From positions 17,553,653-17,617,652 of the forward strand of contig NC_134028.1 of NCBI RefSeq assembly GCF_964204645.1: DNA of 64,000 nucleotides, given 5' to 3'. This DNA comes from Tubulanus polymorphus (taxonomy: Eukaryota > Animalia > Nemertea). The notes under the pieces are model-generated. The model saw only the letters and a list, made by a program, of their open reading frames with translations, was not told the origin of the DNA and searched no databases. The translations under genes and the position numbers were made by a program. Below, piece by piece: positions 48,512 through 61,537 of this stretch (position 1 is the stretch's first letter; each line of letters starts with the position of its first letter).

Positions 48512-50142
48512 TTAATGTAGTGTGTAGAGCCAGTGGAAAGCCTTAGTAGATTGTAAGGGACTGGTTTACACTTATGTATACGACTATTCATTTCGATTAC
48601 TTTCTTTCCAGCTATTAATCGTGGAATGAACTGGTCACTACGGTCTCCAATTCCTTTGCCGATTCTTGCAGCTGGTGGGAATATATTTAAACCATAGTGT
48701 GCAAGCGTACGTTTCAAATTAAGCGTCTCAGATGCTGTGAGTACTTGACGTTTCGTGAAATTGTCCTAAAGATATACCCTTGATATGAAGCTTTTTAAAG
48801 TTTATCAGAGACTTGTTTGGAGTAAACCGAATAGCCCTTAAAATACCAATGGTCTCCTAAGATATCTATTATACTTTCTTTCACTCCTCTATCATATTAC
48901 ATGACTAATGAGTAATTCTTACATTAGATTGCTTAATTGCAGGTGGTAAGAGGTCATATGGCATGTAAATCGACTGTGGCTGACTAATTGACGCGCAGAT
49001 AAAGCGTTGGGTTTTCAAAAGATGTCGCCAAAATGCTTGTATCATCAGGGGTAGGCAAATTATCCGAAGATAAATGAAAACTCCACCTTGTTGATCGTCA
49101 GTTGATTTTGCTGTTATAATTTCGTCTGGATAAATTGACACATAATTCATTTCAAAATCTGTGTTCGGTCTAATTTCTTTCAATAAAATAAGAATTTATT
49201 TGACTAATTTTTGACAAATGTATTCAGGAGTGAATTTGCTTTGATCTCAAAGCCAGAGAAAGCATTCTTCAAAAATTTAGAAAATCCTAGACTCAATCAA
49301 ATTCTGTGAAGTCATTTAAGGTCTCTTGATCGAATCAAGCCAAGGGCTCAGATGGCTAAAATTCAATTCCTCACTGTCCTATAATGCCCAGTACGACGGA
49401 GTTTACACACTGAAAAATGTTGGGCTGTATAAGTGTAATTTGGATAAGTCAGCAATATAATGACGGCCCTGCCCCGCAGGCTCCATCTGAGACATAAACA
49501 AGTTGGACTGTATTGCTTCTATGTTTTGACAAATGTACTCCTATTATCCACATATCCAGCATAATGTTGACCCAGGTTGCGCTTCTTGGCAATAGTCATA
49601 TGTTATTGGCTGGAATTATTTCGATGAAATCTTCATACGCTTCCCAATTAGGCAGAAACCCGTTATCGCTGCTATGCAGATATATTTTGTTTTGAGATTG
49701 CTGCTGTGTTTTAATCGATGGACTGTTACACACACACACTCTTGTATACACTGCCATACAGTGATACAGTAGTGCGAGTCAACAGGTTATATATAGCCTT
49801 ATGTATTTAGCGCTGCTCTGAGCACGCATGAAAGCATTTGAAGCGAAGCTGCGTTTAAATGAAAGATGTTTTTTTTTTATTGAATAAGTTCATTTATCAT
49901 GAATGATTATTCAAACTTTCATAGCAGTGAAGCACTGAAAACTAAGTAGAAAACAGTACTTGGTGTGTAAGTCGAGTTCAATATTTTAGTGGTAAAGTCA
50001 AGGATTATAAACTCGATCTATATGCTGGTTTTTACAGTAACGCTTATTGATACTGATGTAAAATGGCAGTCCTAATAGTGTACTCTGATTATTATGGATG
50101 TATTTCCTTCTAATTAGATGAATACTGAACGGTGTTTTTTAG

Positions 50143-50424
50143 GTTATTACAAAACTAGCTGGAATGGAAGAAGAGCAACTTGAATACAAATCGCCAGAAG
50201 AACAACAGCAACTCCTACAGAAAGTTCTTCAAGCAAATGATGATGAAGCTAATGAAGAAGGTGATCCTCTTCAGGTATCAGGTCCATCAAAACATGGAGC
50301 ACCAATGCGACGACTAGGTAATATGGGTAGTATGTCTGGAGCAGATGATGCTGTATATGTCGAATATAAAAGCCGTTCAAATGCTGGGTTTAAACATCCT
50401 CTTTTCAAACATTTTCGCAAATGA
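50143..50424 (+). CDS. ERCC3: TFIIH helicase XPB, last coding exon (93 codons plus stop)
   Basis: TTTTTTAG|GTT acceptor, phase 0; [11 protein letters not shown]...QQQLLQKVL...[10 protein letters not shown]...HPLFKHFRK* is the XPB C-terminus; total 776 aa. Confidence 0.95.
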   Translation, partial: VITKLAGMEEEQLEYKSPEEQQQLLQKVLQANDDEANEEGDPLQVSGPSKHGAPMRRLGNMGSMSGADDAVYVEYKSRSNAGFKHPLFKHFRK

Positions 50425-50674
50425 AAACGCCTCACGGTTATGTAAAAAATGAAATTGGGTTTGTTCCAATTCAAAAAGATGTTCATAGTGTCGTGCTTGT
50501 TGAATGTGAACCAGAGCTCGCAGATTTCAACGTCATTGAGTTCAACGAAAGATCTGGTAAATCTGAATCATTATGTCTCATTATCATAAATAGTTCCAAA
50601 ATCTTATCAAATTGAATTTGCAGTCCTGCCACTTCTTGAGTTTATTGAAGTGGTAGGTCTGCGTATTCATTCAA

Positions 50675-51362
50675 TTTTATAAGCCCACTTGGGACTTTTG
50701 TCCCAGCGGGCTATTGCGTTCATTTTTCATCCATCGTTCGTCCGTCCATCCATCCATAGACAGAATCCAGTCATTTCGGGAAGTTTTGAAGATACTTCAA
50801 TGTTATGTCTTGATATTTGGTTTGCCATTTCTCATTGCAATTTGTGATGGGTATTCTTTGGAAAGGGATGTTTTATACCTAAGACCTGGTACCACAATCA
50901 ATTGCAAAGTTTTAGCTCATGACATCGTCTATAATTGTGGTGAGTTTAAAGGACATAAGTAATTCTATATGGTCACCAGGGGGCAAAAAAAGTAGAATAA
51001 CTTAGAATTTCCTTATTAGATTGGTACCTAGGCATATTTTGATACCATGATCAATTGCAATGTTGTAGTCTATGAAATGTTTGATGATCGTGGTGAGTTT
51101 CAAGATCATTGGGTTTTGCATATGGTCACCATGGGCGTGGAATAGTAGAATAGTGGAATTGGCTATTAAATTTGTAGGCATATTTTGTTATCACAATCAA
51201 TTACAAAATCGTAGCTGCTGAGATATGCTATGATTGTGGTGAGTGTCAATGTCATTGGTCTTTGTACACCGTCACCAGGGGGCGTTGAATAATGAAAATG
51301 TTAGATTGTTGAGCATCTGAAACCACTTCCCAAGTGGGCATGGTGTCCCTGGACCCCTAGTT
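50675..51362 (+). mobile_element. Helentron-type HINE with both ends, internally deleted
   Basis: AGCCCACTTGGGAC 5' end and TTCCCAAGTGGGCATGGTGTCCCTGGACCCCTAG|TT 3' end. Confidence 0.78.
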
Positions 51363-51492
51363 TTTCATGATATATTGTGATTACATTGACTGAAGGAACA
51401 GCAAATTTAACTAATTCATTCATTCCGAAGAAGACAAAGTCTATGTTAAGTGTCTGTAAACTCTTAGTTCAAGACTATGTGACACGATTGTA

Positions 51493-51560
51493 AATAAATG
51501 AATGCATCAATCAACATGAAACTGTGTATATGTAATTGTTGTTTGTCAGTGTTTTTGGGC
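51493..51560 (+). terminator. Candidate XPB polyadenylation signal
   Basis: First AATAAA I found after the stop codon, followed by a GT-rich tract. Confidence 0.35.
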
Positions 51561-52139
51561 TATCACAGGTTTTCTGTTGAAATGAAGGTATGTTGGTTAT
51601 GATTTTATCGCTTCTGTCAGACAAATTAACATGAATTATGAATACGGTACGAAAATAACTTTTATTATGCAAAGGGGCCAACCCAAATAATTCGACAAAA
51701 ATTTATGCACAACAAATTTGCACAGATGATATCGGATGACTGTCGCTGATCGGTTATTCGGTATCATCAAAAGATCGTTTTCGTGATGGTCTGCAATAAG
51801 TTGTAAATTCCGTGTCGAGAATAATTTCATATACCGGTACTTTAAAAGTTTGTTAAATGTCAGTATTTTCAAAACCTCTTACTCGTTATCAAAACAATCG
51901 GGGAATTCCTTGATTGGTATGCTATGCCTTGCAAGCTTATCTACATCAGTTCCATCGTCCAGGCTTATTGTCTTTTTTCGAATGTGATCTGATAGTATGC
52001 GAAAACTTAGCGATGTTAAATCAGGAAAATAAGTTTTTTTCGGAACCTTTCAAATATCCATAATATACATGATTTTAATTCAAAATGGAAAAATAAAATT
52101 ATTATTATTAATTATTAATTATTATGATAATTTACATCT

Positions 52140-55100
52140 ACCGTCTAGTCACGAAAGTAAACTAAACCCTGGTTGCGAAATATGTTTTCTGCATGGTATT
52201 GTTTTATGTTTACAAACCTTTCTCTCTGGTTAGACCGAGCCCATCCGCCTCCAACATTTCCATTACGGCCACTAAAGCTTTTTCCACCGTTGACCTTAAA
52301 CATGTGACGTTTGAGTAAATCACTGGCAACCGCTACTCTTCCAGGATAGAGCAGTATCTGCTCCAGCTATCGGGTCATCACGTAGCCGCCACAATTTCGA
52401 ATCGCAATTGTGTAGGAACAACTAGCTGGCCTAGAGGTCTATATCTGTATTATTCTGCTGCATGAACTGTGATTTAGAAACTAGATACCTTTTCATCATT
52501 CGGGAAATCTGTTACCAGATGGTCGGCAGGCTGGCTGGGGAACTAGCATTTACACCAGCGGTGGATTCCATCCGAGATAATGTTTTATTGGAAATGGATT
52601 GAAAACCCCAGACATACGATACTTTATAAGTGCACCTGCAACCTTTCAAAAGTGACCAATAACCAGAATGAGAGGGTCCAATACTTCAGGGAAATGTTTT
52701 TGATAAAAAATCTCAAATTAGTTTATCCATCAGAGACGAGATATTAGGTTTAGTATATTATATATAGGTGTCACTAAAAAGGTTCTAATATATAGGTGCA
52801 AGTTAAAATGATATATCAATGGCCTATTTAGAGTTGGTTCATTTACCAGAGACCATACATTTGGGGTCTTAGGTTTAGTATATTAGGTGTCACTACTCCT
52901 AAGACCCAGACCTGACTCTGGTCTTAGGTTTAGTGACACCAGTACAGATTCCATCCATCAGGAACAACAAGGCAGTTAAACTAAAGTTTTATTGCAATCT
53001 TTATTTCCCGGGATGAGAATGATTATCATAATTTTACATAGTCCTTATTTACAGAATCATTAGTACAATGTGAGAACTAGGTTATAGACATCAGGACTCA
53101 CAAACTAACACCTGGTGACATGTTTGAGAGGCTCAAATTAATTAATGATGAGCACTGACTGGAGCGAATTACTATGAAAACATATTGAGTAATGCGGCAT
53201 GTTGATTACGACATTACAGCACATATTGATACTATATTCATGATTTATTATCCGTATGTGACTTATATCAGGGTGACAGACGCCCCCTTGTCCAATTAAA
53301 TTTGGTCCTCCAAATTTGCGGAAAACGTAACTGCTGAAAGCTCATCAAAACTCTGCGAAAACATGAAAGATTGAGTTTCACTGCGCGAAAATGTGCAAAC
53401 GCTGGACAGAAACGGCTGGATTCTCAGTCATTCACGAAAGTCACATGTCGTTATATACGGACGATGCGACGATACGTTAACTATAATTTTGAATGATCTG
53501 CAGAGGATTCCCAAATTTTGTGTGATTCTGGGACGAACAAAACTGGCGATGTTTTGTGTAGTTATAGCGTCCCGAAGTTCAGATGGTGATAGCAAGTAGT
53601 ACGCATTTCTCTGTTTCGAAGATCTTTTGATTGCTGACTGGAAATAGCTTTGTGACGGAATTTTGTGATACAATTATAGTAACGTGCAACATCTGACATC
53701 AGAGCAGTGTTCAGGCAATGACAACACAATTACAGTTACCCTTGTCAACCAAAAGAAAAAAGTTATCATCCAAAATAAATGGTCAGGAGTAACTGAGATT
53801 ATATATCTCCACATACGAATTTAACCAATTCATCTTCACGTTTCAGTTATACTAACAAACAAAAGATATTAACCTGAATGCAAATGAAAATTGCCGGTTA
53901 AACCTTTAGTATAGTCGAAATAGTTTGTCGCGAAAAAAATATAGATACGCACTGTTCTGTAAGTAGATTAATTTGACTAATTAACCTTAGACATATTCTC
54001 TGAGAAGTGTATTGTATTCTAATACTTATTGTTCGAAAATGAAACTAAAATTGATATATGCTGATTGGAACTAGTTGCCTAGAAAAAAGAATTGTGAATC
54101 ATACTATTTAAACCGGCGATAACTTTTTTGATCGTACGGTAGAATCTTAAATCCAAATTCCTTTAATTTTCTATCATATTCATCTGACCACTAATTCGAG
54201 AAAAAGAAGCAACTATATAACCTTTGGCCGACAAAAAGTTACCGTAAATGCAATTGTATCTACTGAAACAGCAGCTATGTTCACGATCAGTACGGCCATC
54301 TCGTCACAGGTGAAGTTGAATACGATCTTCTCGCGAGGTCCACGTTCCAGTCACAATCAATAGTTCAACAGCTTCATTTGTACTGGTGTAAGTCACGAGG
54401 ACGGGTTCTCCCCATCTGTAAGCGGCTGGTTGTTGTATCGGCAGGCTGGCTGGGGAACTAGCATTTACACCAGCGGTACAGGATTCCATCCATCAGGAAC
54501 AACAAGGCGGTTAAATCTTATATATGTGCAATCTTTATTGCATCCCGGAATGAGAAGGATTATCATAGTCTTTATATACAGAATCATGAGTATAAAGTGA
54601 GAACTAGGTGTCAGACAGGTTATAGACATCAGGACTCACAAACTAACACCTGGTGACATGTTTGAGTGACACAAATTAATTAATGATAAGCACTGACTAG
54701 AGCTAATTACTATGAAAACATATTGAGTAATGTGACATGTTGATTACGCCATCATGCTTTAAAGTCTCATGTTATCCGAAGTGACCTAGATTGATGATGA
54801 GATAGAATTATTAAATCGAACGAGACTTACCTCTACGTCGATGTTTGATTGAGATTCTATCGAATCGGGAACGGAGAGATAGAATCTCAATCAAACATCA
54901 AAATTACAGGTAAGTCTCGTTTAATTTAATTAGCCTAGGTAAATGACGGTTTGTCGCTAGAAATCGACAGAAAAACGCCAGCTAACACCACAGTTGTCAG
55001 GTTGTTTAATTTACTTTTCGTAAGAATTTCGCGTGCTTAAGACATTGACAGGATAAATCAAGTCAGAATTCCATCAACATTGGAACACAGGCACTCGCCG

Positions 55101-56430
55101 ATGGGCTTGGAATACAGTTCCTGGGCTTTTTATAGTGTATCTGTATTTTGAGTGGTTATTCTGAAAATCCGAGAAAAAATGTCTTGCTACTGATACGTTT
55201 AAAAAGATAATGGCCGCTTTTATACGATCACGCAGGCCACGGCCTACACCGTTGAAGAGCAGTGATTAGCCGATATAGCCCACGTGATCTCCGCAGAAGG
55301 AAGGTATTGATTTTCCGGATGGAACATATATTCATGAAAAAATACCGAACTTTGACTGCTAATTACTGAGTTACTGGAACATTTCACGGTTTCATCTTTT
55401 CACCGTTTTATCTTTGTTTGGTAACGTTTTAAATGGCACTCATTAGTAGGGAATCCACTGAACTCCACTGTTTTACATGCGACCCTGGCTCACTGACCAC
55501 TCAAGATTAATAATAATGCAAAAAGTTTTAATGTCAATGATTTCAGGTTGAGTTCTGACAGCTGTAGTGACTCAAAATATTTAATTAAAATATTCACATC
55601 CCAGATCTGATCATATCTAGGTACTGCCGGCCTTCTATTATACACTCCCCGCATAAACTTCCTAACCAACACGTGTTCTCCACATGGCCGGCCATCCATG
55701 GTAATAAACGACGAAAGTGCTGAACGAGCAGTGTTTATGCTACTATAACCTAGATTACTCTGGAACAATTCAGTAAGATTGGATAATACTTGGTGAAAAA
55801 CAGTTGGTGAAAAAACATCGGTGGCTTTTTTAGCACAAAAACGTTCCCATTTTTTACGTCCTGTATTGTATATTTGTTCCTCCGCGCCAAGCGCTGAGTT
55901 TAATGCCGGTTAACTTCGCTTGAAATTCCCTTATTTCCCAGTGCTTTCCTGACACACGACAAGCCAACAGAGGTTTTTCCCACAGTGGGTGTTCCGATTT
56001 CTTGTCTGGTTGAAGTAGAAGCTTCCGGTTCCTCGGTAGTAGAAGTGGCACATCGATTGACATTGACATCAGCGTCGGATATCAAGCCTTGCTCGGCCAG
56101 TTGGGCACTACTGTAACGGATTCCGTGGACACGGTAACCAAAATAGCTTCTCTGTAATATTTGGATTTCGCGGGGGACAGGCAACTCCTGCGCAGCTGTG
56201 CTTGTCCCGCTTCCACCCAACTTAGGCCTCCACACACGGCTCGGATCCTCTCGGGGCGTCCCCTATCTCTTCGTGCCTGTTCACCCGTTGGTGGGTACGT
56301 CCGGGTCCGCTCGTCCTCTTCTCGGAGGCGAGTAATTCAGCTGGAACCCTCTGCCGGACAAAATATCAGTAGCGTTACTCACACCTCTACTCAGCTGACC
56401 GGATTCCTCGTGCCCTAAAAGTTAGACTAA
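52140..56430 (-). mobile_element. Rearranged DIRS-type tyrosine-recombinase retroelement remnants
   Basis: 55490-55850 LGYSSINTARSALS...FMRGVYNRRP..PRY..IWDV...LTLKLFALL.I.SGQ (YR N-terminus); overlapping WPSKA..P.LM...HPL...LLACRVSG frame; duplicated blocks 52523-53210 vs 54438-54748; hairpin at 54809-54930. Boundaries uncertain. Confidence 0.65.
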
Positions 56431-56703
56431 TTGACTCTGACTCTCTTCCTTACTCCGATCAAGTCCACGATAACTCAAAAGAAACGGCCCGATACTAATT
56501 CTGAATTAGTAAGTAATATATATTTTATTTTGCAGTATAACCGCCTGAAATCCGATGCATATAAGCCTCGAATTAATTTCCTATTATATTTAACACTATT
56601 TACACAGTCGGTCATTTCGAACACGTTCTCATCCAATCAAATTTATCATTATTTTCTACTTTATGTTTCATAGAATCTTTATTATCAATATGCTTATCTG
56701 TAA

Positions 56704-57366
56704 CTATATTTTCATTAGCATCTTTATTAGTGTTGCTCCTAATATTTCATTTACAATGTTTGATCCTAATATTTTATTAGCATCGGTTAAATCTGATTCA
56801 TCTTTATTAGGTGTTGCTAATAATAAATCTTCATATAATTCTTTACCATTTACTTTTTTATTTGAAACAAATTTTGTAACATATTTAAATGGGTGTTCTA
56901 TAAATTCTCTTAAACCAACACGTTCTATTACATTAGTAATATGTACCTTTGTATTCATATGTTTATTCCAATTTGATGGAGCGTTTGAAAATTCACCTTT
57001 ACAATAATCACAATAATTTCTATTTTCACTAATATTTAATATTATTTCATTATTTGATGTAGAAGGTATTGCATTATTAGATGTAGAAGGTATTACATTA
57101 TTAGATGTAGAAGGTATTACATTATTAGATGTAGAAGGTATTGCATTATTAGATGTAGAAGGTATTACATTATTATCAATTACATTACTTAAATTATCAA
57201 CAACACCACTTTTATTATTATCGATTTCTATTAGTTTAGTTTTATAAATTTTGAAAATAGGATCAAATATCAAAGCTATATTACAAGGTATTACATAATA
57301 TAAACCATCATTATTTTCATGTGTATCGATGTATGGAATATGTTTATATACTTTACCTCCTTCCAT
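56704..57366 (-). CDS. Zn-finger/NNVIPSTS-repeat protein, copy C variant
   Basis: N-terminus nearly identical to the 12570 ORF; five repeats; different CDYC..H..H-containing C-terminus. Confidence 0.7.
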   Translation of the reverse strand: MEGGKVYKHIPYIDTHENNDGLYYVIPCNIALIFDPIFKIYKTKLIEIDNNKSGVVDNLSNVIDNNVIPSTSNNAIPSTSNNVIPSTSNNVIPSTSNNAIPSTSNNEIILNISENRNYCDYCKGEFSNAPSNWNKHMNTKVHITNVIERVGLREFIEHPFKYVTKFVSNKKVNGKELYEDLLLATPNKDESDLTDANKILGSNIVNEILGATLIKMLMKI

Positions 57367-57398
57367 TTATTATATAAATTTTTATTAAAGTTAAAATT

Positions 57399-58649
57399 TT
57401 AATACATAACACTATTTAATTGAGAATTTACAATATTTAATTGCGCGTCAGATATAATATAAATATGCATTTTGAAATTTAGGCTTCCTTTTTTCTTTGT
57501 CATGAATAATTGTATTCCATCTTTAGTGTTCTGTAGTTTGTTTCCTGAACCATGTAATGAATTATCCTCTGTTGCTCTAAAATCTAACCATAATGCATAT
57601 TTATTACCGGTATAATAATCAATTTCATAATATTACAATTTTCAGATGATTTTACTTATTCATTCATAAAATGTTTTCTAATTTCTGGCCATCGATCAAT
57701 CATTCTCATTCCTTGACAAAATATTTTGTTTGCTATTCCTTCGATAGTTATTTCTACTTTTGTTATTTCAGGATTATAATAATTATCAACATTTATTGCA
57801 CCATTAGTATATGTTGCAATGGTAAAAAATATTAATATACCTTTAATAGTTCTTCTTGGGAAGTTAATATTCTCATTAATTATTTCATCATTTGCATTAA
57901 TTAATAGTTACAGTTTTAAATTTATCAATATAATCATATAATAATGAAAATCCTTGATTGTATCGAGTTTGAATTGTGCTAGCAATATTTTCATTAGTTA
58001 CTGTGTCATATTCTAAACATATATTCGATAATTTATAACCCATATCTTTGACAACGCTAGATAATACAATTTCATTTACAGGAGCAAATGTTATTTCTAA
58101 TATAACATCTTCTTGAATTGCATATTTATATACAGATGCATTATTATTTATCAATTCAAAGTCTAATGGTATTTTATATTTGCTTCCATATATACTTTTT
58201 ATCAATTTATCTATAGCATTAGTTAATATTGCATTATGTGCTTCTGATCTTAATTTATTTTGGTTTTCTGATTGGATTCCTTGAAATATCATATTATTTC
58301 TATTTTCTTTAGTTAACCATAAATCTTTATAATGCATAAATAAATTATAATCATCTAATGAGAAAACTGTTTCTGGACCGATCTTTATTGTTAATTTTTT
58401 AATCAAATATCTTCCAACATTATCAACAACATAATTATTATTATTACCGATTACTTTTATATCGGCTGATAAATAAATACTATTTGGAACATAAAAAGTA
58501 TTTTGTGTTAATCGAGGAATTCTAACATATAAAGTTTCATCGGGATTAATATTTGAAGGGTTATGAGTAATTATATGATGTGATCTTTCTGCTTTAATAG
58601 CATTAAATATTCTATGGTTCTTAGAAGGATTGATATAACTCCCACTCAT
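57399..58649 (-). pseudogene. Major capsid protein, copy C (frameshifted at ~57900)
   Basis: Homologous to 12603-13850; 4-bp duplication at ~57897-57904; ends ...NSVMY*. Confidence 0.8.
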
Positions 58650-58689
58650 TTATTTAACAAAAAAATTAATTATTTATTTTTTATCATGT

Positions 58690-60243
58690 TTACTTGATAT
58701 TTTTTGATATCATATTCACTAACCCAAAAATAATTGCACTTACAACTGTAATTAAAAATAAAATATGTTCAGCAGCAAAGTTAATAATGTTTCCTGCAGA
58801 TTTCAATATAAAACCAACAATTGATGCAATAATTCCTGGTAATGCTGCAGCAGATTTTTTAGATAGTTCCCATAAATATTTTGCTAATTTCTTTAAACCA
58901 TCCTTAACTTTATCTTGTATAGAATTATTATCTGGGGGTTTATCCGGTTTATTGGGAGTAGGAGTAGATTTCAAAGAATTTGATATTGCTAAACCAATTG
59001 TTGTAAATAACACAGCTGTTAGAATTGAAAGAATTGTTATTCCTTCTAACTTAAATAATAATTTTATTCTATCTTTTAGTGATATTTTAGAATCTGGTTT
59101 AATTATTAAATCTTTAAAAATAATTTTTAATTTTTTAATATGATTAAGATCATATGATTTTAATAATGTATCTCTTTCTTTTTCCTGTAATTCTTTGTTA
59201 TATTTTAAATCATCTATTTCTTTTTCTAAAGCTAACTTTCTGCTTTCATAATCAGCTTGAAGATCTCTATTTAATTCTAATTGTTTTAATTCTTCATTTG
59301 CATTAGTTAATTCTTTTTCTAACATGGTTATTTCAGAAAATCTCATCTTGATATTAGCAATTTCAACAGATGATTCTTGCATACCTTTAATTTCTCTACG
59401 TGCTTGTTGAGGAAATGCTTCTAATTCATCATCAGTTAAATCAAGTAATCCTTTTTCTAATAGATGTTGTATTTGATTTGTTCCAGTACTATTCATCTCT
59501 TCTTCTGAATCTCTTAATCTATCAATTTGTTTTTCTAATACTAATTGTAATTGACTTGAATCATTATCAATTTGTTGAATATCTCTTCTCGATGTTTCGG
59601 GTGTTGAAGATCTTAATTTATCTAATCGATCTCTATACTCTTCCATTTCTGTTTCTGAATTTTTATTGATTATTTTTAATAAGTCATCAATTCTTTCACT
59701 AAATTCTGTTATATTATCATCTCTTTCTTCTTGTGTAACATCAGTTATTTCATTACTATTACTTATTCTCTTAATTCTAAATGTTTCTAAATTTTTTAAA
59801 GTTAATTCCGCTAATATTTTATTTAGTAGTCTTGTTCTTTGATTAGTGATATCAATATAATAATCACCATCCAAATGATAATAATATTTACCTTGAAAAA
59901 GTTTTAAATTTTCTACTAAAAGTTCAGCATCTCTATCACTTATCTTATACCCAGATCTTTCAAATACAGGTTAGAATTTATAAATATATTCATTATATTC
60001 TAATCTTTTTCTTACTAAATTTGGATTTTCATTTTCAGGATCTATTTTCGATCTAGTTATTCTATCATATTCATCTGTTGATGGGGCCTTAGAACAACTA
60101 TCTGCTAAATTAGAATTATATGCTGATGAATTATCATCATCAATATTAGTTTCATTTAAATTGGGTTGCGGTTCATCATCAATATATCCTTCATTATTAT
60201 TTCCCATGCCATCCAATGGAATATCTTCTCCACCTTCTGCCAT
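58690..60243 (-). pseudogene. Coiled-coil protein with C-terminal membrane helices, copy C
   Basis: 394-aa open part with heptad-rich middle, EGITILSILTAV, PTPNKPDKPP linker and AAALPGIIASIVGFIL; N-terminal part 59971-60243 separated by a disruption. Confidence 0.78.
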
Positions 60244-60259
60244 TTACATAATAAAAAAA

Positions 60260-61520
60260 TTAAAATTTAAAATATAATATTCCTCCGATTACAATTCCTA
60301 TACAAGTTAAAGCTAATTTAGTATTTTCATGGGATTTATTATCATCATTTAGTTTAATTATTTCATGTTGAATATTATCAGTTTTTATATCTTCTGATGT
60401 ATTGTAATCTTTTATTTTAGAATCATTATTTAATTTAATATTATTAGTTTTAGTTTCTGTTGATTGAATATGTTTTTTATTTTTTTCACCTTCCATTAAT
60501 TTTGGAGCAGTAATAATCTTTTTATTTATATCATTTAATCCAAATGAATTATTTATTGTTGCAGTTTTAATTAGATTATTATAACCAATTATATTTCCCA
60601 TCTTTAATACTAAATCATTACAAATAATTAATAGATTAGGGCCTATACAATAATTTAATCTAATATGTGATTTATCTAAATAATTTTGATATCTTACAAT
60701 GTTTTCTGGAATCGATCTATTTTTATCGTTATGAATTGAATCTTCAAATAATACTTTGAATTGTTTCTGTGTATCAAATGATGTATTTAAATTTCCAATT
60801 ATTGGGGATCTTGTTTCAACCTGTGATCCTAGATGACATATCAAATAAGTTCTAATAGATTGATTTATTCTTTGTATACCTGATTTTGTAAAACCTTCAT
60901 TATTTTCTAAAATGAAATAAACCCAACCATTATTGTTTTCTTGTTTTAAATGATCATAAAATTTCGGCAATTTATTGAGATTTAATGTTTCTAAATCCAT
61001 AGTTTCTATTTTACCATAACCTAATTTATTATTATAGATATTATAAAAACTATTAGATGGTATGGGAAGTGTACAATATTGTAAAATATTCCAGGACAAG
61101 GAAGTGATCTTATTGTTCCAATTTTTGTTCTAAAATCAGAATTATTTATATCTATATATAATTCATTACAAATTTTATAAAACTTTGATAAATTAATATT
61201 ATTATCTAATTCCTTAAAATATCTACATCCTGATCTAGATCTAGATCCTCTAATTCGTTTAATATTATTCTGATTTGAAAGTATGTATGAAATCTAAATA
61301 AACTTTGAATTAATTTATATTTATAATTATTCAAATGATCATTCCAACTAATTCCACAACCTGTTGTTGCACAATAAACAGCAAAATTTAATTGGTTCTG
61401 CCAATACTTCATATCTAAAACTTCATTTCTATATGTAATATCTTTATTAAAATCTATTGCAGGAATATTATATTTAATTGATTTTTTATATTGGAAAGCT
61501 TTTGGAAAACTATCTGCCAT
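60260..61520 (-). pseudogene. 441-aa protein homologue, copy C (deletion, divergent middle)
   Basis: ORFs 61206-61520 and 60260-61099. Confidence 0.8.
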
Positions 61521-61537
61521 TTATATAATTAAAAAAT

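Noticed and set aside
48520-49500. Possible degraded coding sequence on the minus strand (also 51636-52060)
   Set aside because: Multiple stops and no motif I can assign.
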